Positions 1 through 9,370 of a DNA stretch of 64,000 nucleotides are shown one piece after another. The position numbers and the translations under genes are program-made. Numbering within the stretch: the first letter of the stretch is position 1; each line of letters opens with the position of its first letter. Below the pieces are notes generated by a model, which was given only the letters and a program-made list of their open reading frames with translations, had not been told where the DNA came from and did not search any database. This DNA comes from Dehalococcoidia bacterium (GTDB lineage Bacteria; Chloroflexota; Dehalococcoidia; Bin125): positions 2,368,001 to 2,432,000 of the forward strand of contig OY820591.1 of NCBI GenBank assembly GCA_963555985.3, given 5' to 3'.

Positions 1-103
1 TGCGCAACTCGTCTTCGTCGGCAGCGTCGTCGCTGCATCCCTGGATCACGATCAGGGCGAGCACGGCGAGCAGCAGGACGCCAACCAGCCGCAGGAGCTT
101 CAC
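1..103 (-). CDS. Putative lipoprotein, N-terminal part (runs off window start)
   Basis: GTG at 103 with GGAG upstream. Reads MKLLRLVGVLLLAVLALIVIQGCSDDAADEDELR: basic N-terminus, hydrophobic core, lipobox-like IQGC. Not in the ORF track. Confidence 0.6.
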   Translation of the reverse strand, partial: MKLLRLVGVLLLAVLALIVIQGCSDDAADEDELR

Positions 104-145
104 GCTTCGGGCTCCCGATCCGGACCGTTCGAATGCGAGCACACG

Positions 146-1165
146 TCAGTGCGGATCCAGCCGATACACCCGCAGCGCCGTGTCATGGAACATCTGATCC
201 TTCTCATCTTGCGGGTAATCCGCGACGAGCTTGAAGAACTGGTTGTACATGTTCGTGTAGCTGCAGGAGGCCTTGTCGACCGGGAAGTTGCTCTCGAACA
301 TGCAGCGGTCGGGACCGAAGGATTGAATCGTGTGCTCGTACCAGGGTCGGTTGACTTGGAGCAGCTCGTCCGAGGATGGCGCCCGTTCCCGCTCGTGCCA
401 GCCGAAGCCGTTGATCACCATCTGGATGCCGCCGACTTTGGCGACGACGTTCTCGCAGGTAGCGAGCTCGCTGATCGAATCGCGCCAGCCCGGGAAGATT
501 TCGTCGTGCTTGCCGGCATAGGGGCCGATGCCGAGCGGGCCTCCGAGGTGGTTGAGGATGATCGTGGTGTCGGGGAAGGCGCGGGCGAGCTCGGTCAGTT
601 CGGGGATTTGGGGATGGTAGAGCCAACCCTCGAAGCTGAGGTTGCGCTTGCCCAGCTCGGCGAAGCCGGCGCGATAGGTCTCGTTCAGATAGAGGTGCGG
701 CTGATCGACGATCCGCGAGTTGGGCACGTCGGGCGACGGGTCCCAGCTGGCGTGGTGGCGGATGCCTCGGAAGCGTGAGCTCATCTCCATGTGCGCATCC
801 AGCACCTCGCCGACGGCTGCGCCGAGTAGCAGGTCGGCATGGGAGACGATGCCGGTGCAGGCGCGCATCTCGCCGTAGATGCCGCTCGCGCTCTGGGCGG
901 AGACGCCGGCGACATACTCGGTCTCACCGACCGGGGCCATCGCGCGGTCGCCTTCGGCGCGATACATCGCTCCGCACTCGATGAACACGGTCTGGCGGAC
1001 GTTGAGGTCGGCGGTGTCTTCGAGCAGCTCGTCGAGGAAATAGCGCAGCAGACGGCCGTCCTCGCGGCCGTCCCAGAGGTGGTGGTGCGGATCGATGATC
1101 TTCTGATCGGGGTCGAAGGCCGGCTCCTGGTTGGTGGCGAGCCAGTCGAAGTTGTTGGTGACCAT
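146..1165 (-). CDS. Amidohydrolase family 2 (TIM-barrel metal-dependent hydrolase/lactonase)
   Basis: IIDPHHHLW metal motif, ILNHLGGP, FESNFPVD. Confidence 0.88.
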   Translation of the reverse strand: MVTNNFDWLATNQEPAFDPDQKIIDPHHHLWDGREDGRLLRYFLDELLEDTADLNVRQTVFIECGAMYRAEGDRAMAPVGETEYVAGVSAQSASGIYGEMRACTGIVSHADLLLGAAVGEVLDAHMEMSSRFRGIRHHASWDPSPDVPNSRIVDQPHLYLNETYRAGFAELGKRNLSFEGWLYHPQIPELTELARAFPDTTIILNHLGGPLGIGPYAGKHDEIFPGWRDSISELATCENVVAKVGGIQMVINGFGWHERERAPSSDELLQVNRPWYEHTIQSFGPDRCMFESNFPVDKASCSYTNMYNQFFKLVADYPQDEKDQMFHDTALRVYRLDPH

Positions 1166-1174
1166 GTTTGACTC

Positions 1175-1981
1175 CTAGACGCCGTCCGTGAGTTCGCGGA
1201 GGCCGCGGCCGAGCTCGGTGTAGCCCTGGTTGAGGAGGAAACGGTCCCAACCAATGCAGAAGTGGCGCACGCCCAGGTCGAGGTAGCGCTGGGCCTGCTC
1301 GACCGCGCCGATCTCGATTCGGGGCGCGACGCCCCACTCGATCGACTTGGCGATCACCTTCTCTTCGGCCTCGCGTACTTCCTCGGGATTCGGCCGTTCG
1401 TCGAAGGAGAAGCCGTAGTCGGCGGGACCCCACTGGGTCATGTCCACGCCGAGTTCGGCGGCGCGCTCGAGAATCGCATCGATGTCTTCGAGGGCGACGC
1501 GCTTCTCGATCATGATCACGGTGACGATGCCGTCGAGATCGGCGCCGTAGTCGTCGGCCGCGTATCCGGCGAGCGCCGGACGCCGCGTCTTGACGCCCAT
1601 ATGCCCTCCCAGTTCGCCGAGCGTGCTCGGCCTGTCGGGGCGGATCGCCTGGAGCGCCAGGTCAACGTCCTCGGGTGTGCGGATGTCTGTGTAGAGCATC
1701 GCCTTGAATCCGGCTCCGAGCGCCGCCTGCGCCCAGAAGGTCTGGTTGGCCTGATCGAGCTTGATCATCAGGGGGAGATTGCCGCACTGCGCGGCGCGTG
1801 CGAGATGGTAGAGGGTCTTCATGTCGAAGGTGGAGTACTCGGCCACGTACTCGGCGTAGTCGAACTGACCCGTGTCGCCGATCAGCTCGGCGATGTCCGG
1901 GTCGTTGAAGAGGAAATGGGTCCCGATCGTCGGTTTGCCGGCATTGAGCGTCTCGCGGAAGGTGTTGGGAAGTACGGCCAT
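1175..1981 (-). CDS. HpcH/HpaI aldolase-family protein (divergent)
   Basis: LNAGKPTIG start, ALGAGF, IMIEK, GPADY, overall layout and length. Confidence 0.8.
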   Translation of the reverse strand: MAVLPNTFRETLNAGKPTIGTHFLFNDPDIAELIGDTGQFDYAEYVAEYSTFDMKTLYHLARAAQCGNLPLMIKLDQANQTFWAQAALGAGFKAMLYTDIRTPEDVDLALQAIRPDRPSTLGELGGHMGVKTRRPALAGYAADDYGADLDGIVTVIMIEKRVALEDIDAILERAAELGVDMTQWGPADYGFSFDERPNPEEVREAEEKVIAKSIEWGVAPRIEIGAVEQAQRYLDLGVRHFCIGWDRFLLNQGYTELGRGLRELTDGV

Positions 1982-2094
1982 AAGTCGGGGCTCCTTGATG
2001 TTGTTCGAGAGTGGTTCGCGGAACAGGGTAGACGCGACGCCGTCCTCCGGGTATTAGCCTGCGCCGCAGCGGACTGAGGCAGAGAGGCAGAGCC

Positions 2095-2766
2095 ATGGAT
2101 CTCTACGAACACCGTGTGACGATGGTGGAGCCGAAGCGCTTCCCCGAGTACCGCGACCTGTTTCTGCAAGAGAGCTGGCCGCGACTGGTGGGGGCGGGCT
2201 TTCGTCCGCTGTGTCTGCTCAACCCGGCGATTGGCGGGACGCCAGAGGAGGTGCACAGCTTCACTGGGTTTCCGTCGTGGGACGACTGGCGGCGGGGTCA
2301 GGAGATCCTGGTTGGGATTGGCGACGGCGCCTATCGGAAGGTTCGCCGCGAGTTGATCGTGAATGAGACGGCGCGGCCGAAGATCCCGTATTCGGGGCGT
2401 CCGCTGGCGCTGACGCCCGATTCCGATCGGCGGGCGGTGTACGGGCTGCGTCGCTGGACGATTGATCCAGATACGTGGGGGCGGTTCTCGGAGCTGACCG
2501 AGTTTGGGGTCTGGCCAGCGATGGACGCGATGGGGCATCGGGTGCTGGGTAACTTCACCGACGCCGTGCTGAGCGACGATATGGAGGTGACCAACCTGGC
2601 CGGTTATACTTCGGTTGGCCATTGGCATGAGACTCGAACGCCAGAGGCGCCGGGGTCGGGAGTGTCGGAGGAGTTGCTGAAGCTGTTTCGGGAGAGTATT
2701 CGCGAGCGGCATTCGCTGACTCGTCATACGTGGGTGCAGGTGATGAACGCACACTGGCCTGAGTGA
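2095..2766 (+). CDS. NIPSNAP-family protein (two repeats)
   Basis: LYEHR... and VYGLRRWTI... repeats, each followed by W-P-x-x-x-x-G and a later W-x-x-x-R pattern. Confidence 0.65.
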   Translation: MDLYEHRVTMVEPKRFPEYRDLFLQESWPRLVGAGFRPLCLLNPAIGGTPEEVHSFTGFPSWDDWRRGQEILVGIGDGAYRKVRRELIVNETARPKIPYSGRPLALTPDSDRRAVYGLRRWTIDPDTWGRFSELTEFGVWPAMDAMGHRVLGNFTDAVLSDDMEVTNLAGYTSVGHWHETRTPEAPGSGVSEELLKLFRESIRERHSLTRHTWVQVMNAHWPE

Positions 2767-2788
2767 TCGATGGCGCGCTGCCGAATGT

Positions 2789-3559
2789 CTAGGACAACAA
2801 CTCGAAATGCTCGCTCCAAGCGGAACCGACCAGCGCTAGAACACGATCTGCAAGGATTTCAGCGTGAGTCGGAGTCGCCAGAACGAAATAGGCGCGCGCC
2901 GTTCCGCGACCGAATCTCAACGCGAAGATGTCGCCAGGCTGTATGCGCCCAATCAAACGTTCACACCACTCGGCGATTTGCTGCGAATGGCTGCCATTAC
3001 GGGCGAGGTGGTGATAAATCACGACCGATTGACCGCGATCGTATAGCTGTTGGACTTCTTCGAGGTAGGTGTATTTCGGTGCCTTGACCCGCGTGATCGG
3101 AGTTGACTTTGTCTCAAGTCCATTGTCGGGATCGAGAAAGACAAGATCGCATTTCGCAGTAGCGCGCCGTGACTCATCCGCCCAACGCCTGCGTGGGATA
3201 GCTCTCGCCTCGCCCGATGCGTCCGTTCGGGGTCCAGCAACGTAGTCGCGATAGAAGGCAGTATTCGCTCCCAGCAGGCCCGTTTCCTCGACGGCGGCAA
3301 CACGCCTGTCATTGCGAGCGACAATCTCCTGAAGCCGGTCATACAGGGGCGGGTCACAAGGCCGATACTCAGGCATTTTGTCGGGACGCAGATATCCGAT
3401 GTGCTTGCCGTCGTTGGCTGAGTCTGCCTCGACAATCGATTCGTCGGTTCGGTACCAGATCACGCCGAGTCGCAGCACCGGGTCGTCGTGACCGCACAGC
3501 GCTCGCAACAAGCCGTACTTGCCGAAGTCTCCTACGTCGCCCGTGTAGCGGTCTTGCAT
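2789..3559 (-). CDS. Conserved hypothetical protein, possible SAM-dependent methyltransferase-like fold
   Basis: MQDRYTGDVGDFGKYGLLRAL N-terminus, DLVFLDPDNG motif, SVVIYHH. Codon usage looks less GC-biased than neighbours. Confidence 0.7.
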   Translation of the reverse strand: MQDRYTGDVGDFGKYGLLRALCGHDDPVLRLGVIWYRTDESIVEADSANDGKHIGYLRPDKMPEYRPCDPPLYDRLQEIVARNDRRVAAVEETGLLGANTAFYRDYVAGPRTDASGEARAIPRRRWADESRRATAKCDLVFLDPDNGLETKSTPITRVKAPKYTYLEEVQQLYDRGQSVVIYHHLARNGSHSQQIAEWCERLIGRIQPGDIFALRFGRGTARAYFVLATPTHAEILADRVLALVGSAWSEHFELLS

Positions 3560-3600
3560 GTCGGCAGCGTACAAGCCATATCGGAGGGAGAACGAGACAG

Positions 3601-3671
3601 GAGCGGGTCCCCGCTCGGGGGCGGGGACAGGACCCCCTCAGCCTTCGGCAGCTCCCCCTTGCAGGGGGAGC
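3601..3671 (+). repeat. Palindromic elements: GTCCCCG hairpin followed by a two-hairpin CCCCCTC element
   Basis: GGGTCCCCGCTCGGGGGCGGGGAC then CCCCCTCAGCCTTCGGCAGCTCCCCCTTGCAGGGGGAG. Both recur elsewhere in the window. Confidence 0.75.
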
Positions 3672-3703
3672 GCGGAAGTGGGCGCGAGCAACTGGCGCCT
3701 TCG

Positions 3704-4720
3704 CTACGCGTTGAACTGCGGGACCAGGTAGTCGTGGTCCTTGTGGTAGACCTGCACGCGGCCTCGGCCTCCGTCGCTGATCGCGATCCGGTCCTGGCCG
3801 TCGATGGCGATGCCTCGGGGGCGGTCGAAGATGCCGAACTTGATCAGCTCGACCGGATTGACGCGGCGGAAGGCCTGCGCGTACTCCATGTTGACTTCCA
3901 TGACCTGTTGGGCGGTCTTGGAGAATTCGTGGGCGTCGCCCTGGAGGCTGCAAATGATGTCTCCGTCGGGGTAGTAGATCTGGACTCGGCGGTTGCCCCA
4001 GTCGCAGACGTAGACGTCGCCGACGCTGTCGACAGCGACATCGGCGGGGCGCTTGAGGCTGCCGCCGTCGTCGAAGTCTTCGTAGCGGGAGCCGAAGCGG
4101 ACCAGGAACTCACCGTCCGGCGCGAACTTCTGCACGCGGTCGTTGCCCCAGTCGGCGAGGTAGAGCGAGCCCTCATTGTCGAAGGAGATGCCCCAGGGGT
4201 GATTGAGCTGGCCTTCGCCGGATCCCTGCGTGCCCCAGGAACCGAGGAATTCGCCATCCTTGGTGAACTGCTGGACGCGGTGGTTGAGGCTGTCGACGAC
4301 GTGCAGGTTGTCGTCGGCGTCGAAGGCGATCCCGGAGGGTCGGTTGAACTGACCGTCGCCGTCGCCGAACTCGCCCCAGTCGCCGATCGGCGAGCCTTCG
4401 GGGTCGTAGCCGAAGATGCGGTGGTGGAAGGCGTCGGCGCACCAGACGGAGCCGTCGCGGGCGAGCGCGAGGCCCTCGGGCCACTTGAGGTCGCCGGCGC
4501 CCATCTCGCCGAGGAACTCGTCCTCGATCCGATGCTTGTAGATCTTCGAGCCGAGGCCGCCTGCGCCCGAGTACTCGGCCAGGCCGATATCGGCGACGTA
4601 GATCGTGCCGCTGGCGGTCGCTGCAATCGGGGTCGGGTAGGTGTAGCCCTGCGGGCCGACGAAGTGCCCGATCGAGTGGTCGAAATGCCAGGTGCGTCCG
4701 GCGACTGTTGTGGTCAGCAT
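3704..4720 (-). CDS. NHL-repeat beta-propeller protein
   Basis: Repeated GQFNRPSGIA / GQLNHPWGIS / VxDxxNxRVQ blades. Confidence 0.92.
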   Translation of the reverse strand: MLTTTVAGRTWHFDHSIGHFVGPQGYTYPTPIAATASGTIYVADIGLAEYSGAGGLGSKIYKHRIEDEFLGEMGAGDLKWPEGLALARDGSVWCADAFHHRIFGYDPEGSPIGDWGEFGDGDGQFNRPSGIAFDADDNLHVVDSLNHRVQQFTKDGEFLGSWGTQGSGEGQLNHPWGISFDNEGSLYLADWGNDRVQKFAPDGEFLVRFGSRYEDFDDGGSLKRPADVAVDSVGDVYVCDWGNRRVQIYYPDGDIICSLQGDAHEFSKTAQQVMEVNMEYAQAFRRVNPVELIKFGIFDRPRGIAIDGQDRIAISDGGRGRVQVYHKDHDYLVPQFNA

Positions 4721-4750
4721 GGCGGTTCCTCTTTGCTGTTCTTGCGGCTG

Positions 4751-4787
4751 GCCCTCACCCTGGCCCTCTCCCAGAGGGAGAGGGGAC
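4751..4787 (+). repeat. CCCTCACCC-type palindromic repeat
   Basis: GCCCTCACCCTGGCCCTCTCCCAGAGGGAGAGGGGAC. Related interrupted copy at 58648. Confidence 0.75.
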
Positions 4788-4832
4788 TTCAGCTTTCTGG
4801 CAGAGGGCTACGGTGAGAGCGCTCCCCAGTGC

Positions 4833-5990
4833 CTATGCGGTCGCCATGAGCGGGTCGACGAAGCGCAGCTTCTCGAACTCGCCGTCGACGATCGGCTTGG
4901 CGTCGAGACCCATCCAGTCTTCGAGCAGCGTTGAGTAGACGCCGCGGAAGTCGTGGTTGGGGACCAGGTCGCCCTGCTCGAGGTGCTTGGGGTTGATGCT
5001 GGGGAACTCGCCGTGCATGCCGCCCCTGACCTGCGGCCCGATCACGAAGCAGCCGCCGCCGGCGCCGTGGTCGGAGCCGGAGCCGTTATCGCGCACGCGG
5101 CGGCCGAACTCGGTGAACAGGAACATCGTCACGTTGTCGGCTGCGTCGTGCGCCTTGACGTCGTCCCAGAAGTCGGAGATCGCCCGCGAGAGGTCGGTCC
5201 AGAGCTTCTCGAAGACCGGCTTCTGGTTGGCGTGGGTGTCGAAGCCGATCAGCTGGGTGTAGAAGACGCGCGTGCCGAGGTCGGCGCAGTGGATCGTGGC
5301 GATGTCCTTGAGGCTGCGCGAGATCTGCTCGGTACCCCACTCGACCGCGGTTTCGTAGCGGCCGAGTCCCTCCTTGAGGATGTCGGCGCCCTTGAGCGCG
5401 TCGAGTCCGGTGCGGCCCAGGTATTCCTGGACGTAGCCGGTGCCGATCGCGCGGCCGTACATGTTGACGAAGCGTTCGAGCATCTTCTCGCGCTGTTGCT
5501 GCTGCTCGATGCCGGTCAGCAGACCGTAGGTCGAGAGGTCGGCGACTGAGGCAACGGTCACACCCGGCACGACCAGCGCGCGGGGCAGGCCCTGCCCGAT
5601 GTGGACGCCGGTGACCGGGTTCTCACCGGTCGGGTCGAGATCGCGGATGGCGCGGCCGACCCAACCCTCGGTGCCGACCTTGTTGGGCTCGCAGGTGTGC
5701 CAGATGTCCATCGAGCGGAAGTGCGAGCGGGGCGAGTTGGGATAGCCGACGCCGTGAATCAACGCCATCTCGCCCTGGTCGTAGAGCTCCTTCAGGGGCG
5801 CCATCGTCGGATGCAGGCCGAAATGGTCGTCGATCTTGAGGACCTGGTCCTCGCCGATGCAGAGGTCGCCGTTGCGGGCGTCGTTGTAGTACCCGTCGGC
5901 GTAGGGCACCACGCTGTTCATGTAGTCGTTGCCGCCGGTCAACTGGATGATGACGACGACGGGCTCTTTGCTTCTGGTCGCGGTGGTCAT
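4833..5990 (-). CDS. DUF1501 family protein
   Basis: LTGGND, GLHP, VGYPN..RSHFRSMDIW, GFDTHANQ, EFGRRV.DNGSGSDHG, DFRGVYSTLL. Confidence 0.92.
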   Translation of the reverse strand: MTTATRSKEPVVVIIQLTGGNDYMNSVVPYADGYYNDARNGDLCIGEDQVLKIDDHFGLHPTMAPLKELYDQGEMALIHGVGYPNSPRSHFRSMDIWHTCEPNKVGTEGWVGRAIRDLDPTGENPVTGVHIGQGLPRALVVPGVTVASVADLSTYGLLTGIEQQQQREKMLERFVNMYGRAIGTGYVQEYLGRTGLDALKGADILKEGLGRYETAVEWGTEQISRSLKDIATIHCADLGTRVFYTQLIGFDTHANQKPVFEKLWTDLSRAISDFWDDVKAHDAADNVTMFLFTEFGRRVRDNGSGSDHGAGGGCFVIGPQVRGGMHGEFPSINPKHLEQGDLVPNHDFRGVYSTLLEDWMGLDAKPIVDGEFEKLRFVDPLMATA

Positions 5991-6013
5991 GGCTGGGTGT
6001 CTCCTGGTGGTCG

Positions 6014-6127
6014 CCTGTTCGGTGCTGTTCGGGGTCGTTCGATGTTGTTCGGCCCGGTTCGAGGCTGTTCGGCTGTGTTCGAGGCTGTCCTGTTCGGTTC
6101 CGTTCGGATCTGTTCGATTCCGTTCGG
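6014..6127 (+). repeat. 10-bp-period GTTCG tandem array 1
   Basis: GTTC ends at 6020, 6030, 6040, 6050, 6060, 6070 and 6080, then at 6095, 6105, 6115 and 6125. Confidence 0.9.
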
Positions 6128-6129
6128 AT

Positions 6130-7539
6130 TTATCCGAACTGGTACTCCGTGGTCGCGACGATTAGCGCGAGCATTTCGCCGACGCGCTCCGAGGAACCGT
6201 CGTAGTCCTCGTTCCAGGAGAGGTCGCCTCCCTCTGAAGCGTGCTCGATCAGTTCGAGCCGGGTGGCCTCGCCCACATCGAGCGGCCCGAACAGGTCGAG
6301 GCACTGGTCGACCATCTCGTCCGGCGTCATGCTGGCCCCGTTCGAGGCGGCGATGCGCTGGCAGATCTTCTGCACGCCGGGGAGGTCGGTATTGCTGACC
6401 CGATCGGCGACGAAGTTGATCCGTCCGACCACGGCGCCGGAGTTGATCCAGTTGGGGCCCGTCGACCAGCCTTCGACCGAAGGCGGGTTGTGCAGGCTCT
6501 GGCCCATGTGCGCCGATTCCTGGCCGAGCTCGATCAGTGCGGGCTGCGGACCGACCATGTCTTCGGTCAGGCGCAGGGTCGAGACGACGGTCTCGACCGG
6601 ACTCTTGACTTTCTTGAAGGTCGCCTCCTTGAAGAAATCGGAGTTGAAGAGCGCTCGCAGGACCGGCTTGATCTCGAAGTTGGAGTCCTTGAACACGCCG
6701 GCGAGATAGTCGATCGCCTCCGGATCTCTGGGTGGCTCGATGTCCCAGGCCGGCACCTGCGGTTCGTCGGCGACGAAGAAGGTGTACAGATGGCGGGCGA
6801 TGAAGCGGGGGCAGGCTTCCTCTTCGAGGATGATGTCGATGATGTCGAGGCCGTCGAAGTTGCCCGTGCGGCCGAGGAACTCCTTCTCGCCGTAGTCGTG
6901 TTCTTCTGGGCGGAACTCGAACTGGAAGAAGAAGCGGTGGTTGGGCACGCGCGGGATCTTCGGGCCCAGGGTCCAGCCGGTGAAGGCGCGGGCGCACTCG
7001 AAGACGTCCTTCTCGGTGTAGTTGCCGACCCCCATCGAGAACAGCTCGAGCAACTCGCGGCCCCAGTTCTCGTTGGGCGAGCGCTTGTGGTTCTCGTGGT
7101 TGTCGAGCCAGTAAATCATGGCCGGGCTCTGGGCCAGCATGATCAGCAGATCGCGATAGTTGGCCGTGCCGTGATCGCGGAACATGTCGATCATCGCGGT
7201 CAGGTGATTGTCGTTGTCGACCTTGGAGTTGCCGACCGCGAAGATGCCGTGCCAGAAGAGGGCCATCTTCTCTTCCAGCGGGCGCTGCGTGTTGACCAGG
7301 TGGTAGAGCCAGTTGGCCGCGCCGGGAACGGTCACTGGACCGCCGGTTTCGAGCGACGGCATGTAGCGGAAGAGCAGGTGCAGGTCGGCGCGCGGGATAT
7401 GCGCCGGCGGATCGACCAACTGCTCAACGGTTTCCTCGTATCCCTGCGCGACGAGCCGTTCCAGCTCATCGCGTCCGGCGCCGAATCCGGCTCGGCGCAT
7501 CAGGTGGGCCATCAGGGCGATCTCTTGCGTGTCCGACAT
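6130..7539 (-). CDS. DUF1800 family protein
   Basis: HLMRRAGFG, EKMALFWH, YWLDN, PNENWGRELLELFSMG, ARAFTGW, PPSVEGW, EYQ. Start placed at MSDTQ. Confidence 0.92.
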   Translation of the reverse strand: MSDTQEIALMAHLMRRAGFGAGRDELERLVAQGYEETVEQLVDPPAHIPRADLHLLFRYMPSLETGGPVTVPGAANWLYHLVNTQRPLEEKMALFWHGIFAVGNSKVDNDNHLTAMIDMFRDHGTANYRDLLIMLAQSPAMIYWLDNHENHKRSPNENWGRELLELFSMGVGNYTEKDVFECARAFTGWTLGPKIPRVPNHRFFFQFEFRPEEHDYGEKEFLGRTGNFDGLDIIDIILEEEACPRFIARHLYTFFVADEPQVPAWDIEPPRDPEAIDYLAGVFKDSNFEIKPVLRALFNSDFFKEATFKKVKSPVETVVSTLRLTEDMVGPQPALIELGQESAHMGQSLHNPPSVEGWSTGPNWINSGAVVGRINFVADRVSNTDLPGVQKICQRIAASNGASMTPDEMVDQCLDLFGPLDVGEATRLELIEHASEGGDLSWNEDYDGSSERVGEMLALIVATTEYQFG

Positions 7540-7641
7540 TCCGTTCCTCAAATTCCGTACCCGTGGGCGCCGCCGCTCCGAGCGCGGCGCCTGGTAACAC
7601 AAGCTACACGTTTTGCCAAGCGATTGTCGAACGGATCGCGG

Positions 7642-8496
7642 TTAGCGCCCGGACAACTCGCGCCCTCGCTCCAGCGCCGCCGACTGCCGGACCGGGCCGG
7701 GCATGAGGAATGAGAATCCTTCAGCGATTCGCTGCTCCACGTTGGCCAGGTCAACCTGCGGCGAGCCGTAAGGCACGCCACGCTCCCGGCAGACGGCGCG
7801 AGCTCGCTGGACGGCTTCGTCGAGCAGCGGGCCGGGTTGGCCTCTCTGACCGAGGGAGACGGAGAGATCGCTTTCGCTGATCAGGATCAGACCCGGTTTG
7901 GGCACGGCGTCGAGAATGGCGGGCAGATTGTTCACGCCCTCGATCGTCTCGCATTGCAGTATGGGCAGGATTTCGCCGTTGGGATCGAGCGGCCAGACAT
8001 CGGCGCGGTCGAAGTATTCCGGCTGATCCAGTCCCCAGTAGCGCAGCGCATTGCCGGGCGCGTGACCGCGCCGCCCGATCGGCTCCTGATCGGGAGCATC
8101 CGTCGCCTGGATGTAGCGGGCGGCCTGCAACGCTGCGATCGCGTCAGCGGGCGTGTTGATCATGGGGAAGACGATCCCGTAGACGCCGATGTCGAGCACT
8201 TGCTTGACGATCCATTGGCTTTGTTCGCGCCCGTTGACGGGAATGCGTACAAACGGCGTCACGGCGGGCGCCAAGGATCCCGATTCGAGGATTTGGCGGC
8301 GGTTGAGCATGTATTGCAGGGAGAGGCTGAGGTCGCTGAGGTTGAAGGCGTTGTGTTCGAGCTCGTAGACGACGAAGTCATAGCTGGAGGAGGCGATCCA
8401 GGTCGCGTCGGGAATGGATCCGGCGGGCAGGAACGGCCCGAAGGCGGGCTTACCAGCCTCGATCAGCTCAATCACTTTGTTCAGTCGTTCAGCCAT
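7642..8496 (-). CDS. HpcH/HpaI aldolase-family protein
   Basis: ELEH, FVRIP, LDIGVYGIVFPMI, GRRG, QCET, DLSVSLG. Confidence 0.88.
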   Translation of the reverse strand: MAERLNKVIELIEAGKPAFGPFLPAGSIPDATWIASSSYDFVVYELEHNAFNLSDLSLSLQYMLNRRQILESGSLAPAVTPFVRIPVNGREQSQWIVKQVLDIGVYGIVFPMINTPADAIAALQAARYIQATDAPDQEPIGRRGHAPGNALRYWGLDQPEYFDRADVWPLDPNGEILPILQCETIEGVNNLPAILDAVPKPGLILISESDLSVSLGQRGQPGPLLDEAVQRARAVCRERGVPYGSPQVDLANVEQRIAEGFSFLMPGPVRQSAALERGRELSGR

Positions 8497-8602
8497 GACG
8501 CGATCTCCACTCATCTATTCGTCTGAGGGTCGTAGAGCGTGAAGGTATCAGCGACTTCGAGTTTCGTGATCTAGCCTGCACTCCGAGTACAGGAGACGAA
8601 CC

Positions 8603-9370
8603 ATGCACAGCGAACTCATCATCGAAGACGGACCCGTAACCCGTCTCACGATCAACCGCCCCGAGCGGCACAACGCGATCAACACGGAAGTCGGCGACGC
8701 GATGGTCGACGTGGTCAACCGCGTCGGGCGCGACCCGTCCGTGCAGGTGCTGGTCCTGGCCGGCCAGGGCCGCTCGTTCTGCTCCGGCGACGACGTGAGC
8801 GAGGGCGGCGACGGCAGCATTCCCGACTATCCCTGGAAGAACCCCTATCACGCGCCGCATATCGCGGCGTTCAACCTCGAACGCCACCCGTACTTCCGTC
8901 TGCAATCGCTGCTGCGGCGGATTCCGCAGATGGTGATTGCGCAGGTGCAGGGCTATTGCATGGGCTCCGGTTTCGATCTGATGCTGGCGTCGGACTACGC
9001 GATTGCGGATCCGGACGCGAAGCTCAGGATGGTGATCGGCGCGACCGCGTTCCTGCCGAAGTACGTCGGGCTCAAGCACGCGACGCGGTTGATCATGGAT
9101 GATCAGTTCATTTCCGCCGACGAAGCGGCTGAGTTGGGTCTCGTCACGAAGGTCGCCGCGCCCGGCTCGCTTGCCGACGAAGTGACCGAGCTCGCGGAGC
9201 GGCTCGCGCAGATCGGGCAGGAGCGTCACGGTTATCTCGGCGTGATCAAAGAGTCGATCAACCGCTCGCTCTGGCCGCAGCTCGACGACGACCTGCGAAT
9301 GCAGTTGATCGGTCATCGCATGAGCGATCTCTATCGACAGCACCCATACGAACTTGACGTGGACTCATGA
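8603..9370 (+). CDS. Enoyl-CoA hydratase/isomerase (crotonase) family protein
   Basis: TINRPERHNAIN, FCSGDDV, AQVQGYCMGSG. Confidence 0.88.
   Translation: MHSELIIEDGPVTRLTINRPERHNAINTEVGDAMVDVVNRVGRDPSVQVLVLAGQGRSFCSGDDVSEGGDGSIPDYPWKNPYHAPHIAAFNLERHPYFRLQSLLRRIPQMVIAQVQGYCMGSGFDLMLASDYAIADPDAKLRMVIGATAFLPKYVGLKHATRLIMDDQFISADEAAELGLVTKVAAPGSLADEVTELAERLAQIGQERHGYLGVIKESINRSLWPQLDDDLRMQLIGHRMSDLYRQHPYELDVDS

Noticed and set aside
6014-6127. 10-bp arrays or palindrome clusters as CRISPR
   Set aside because: No 25-45 bp identical repeats with unique spacers, and no cas genes
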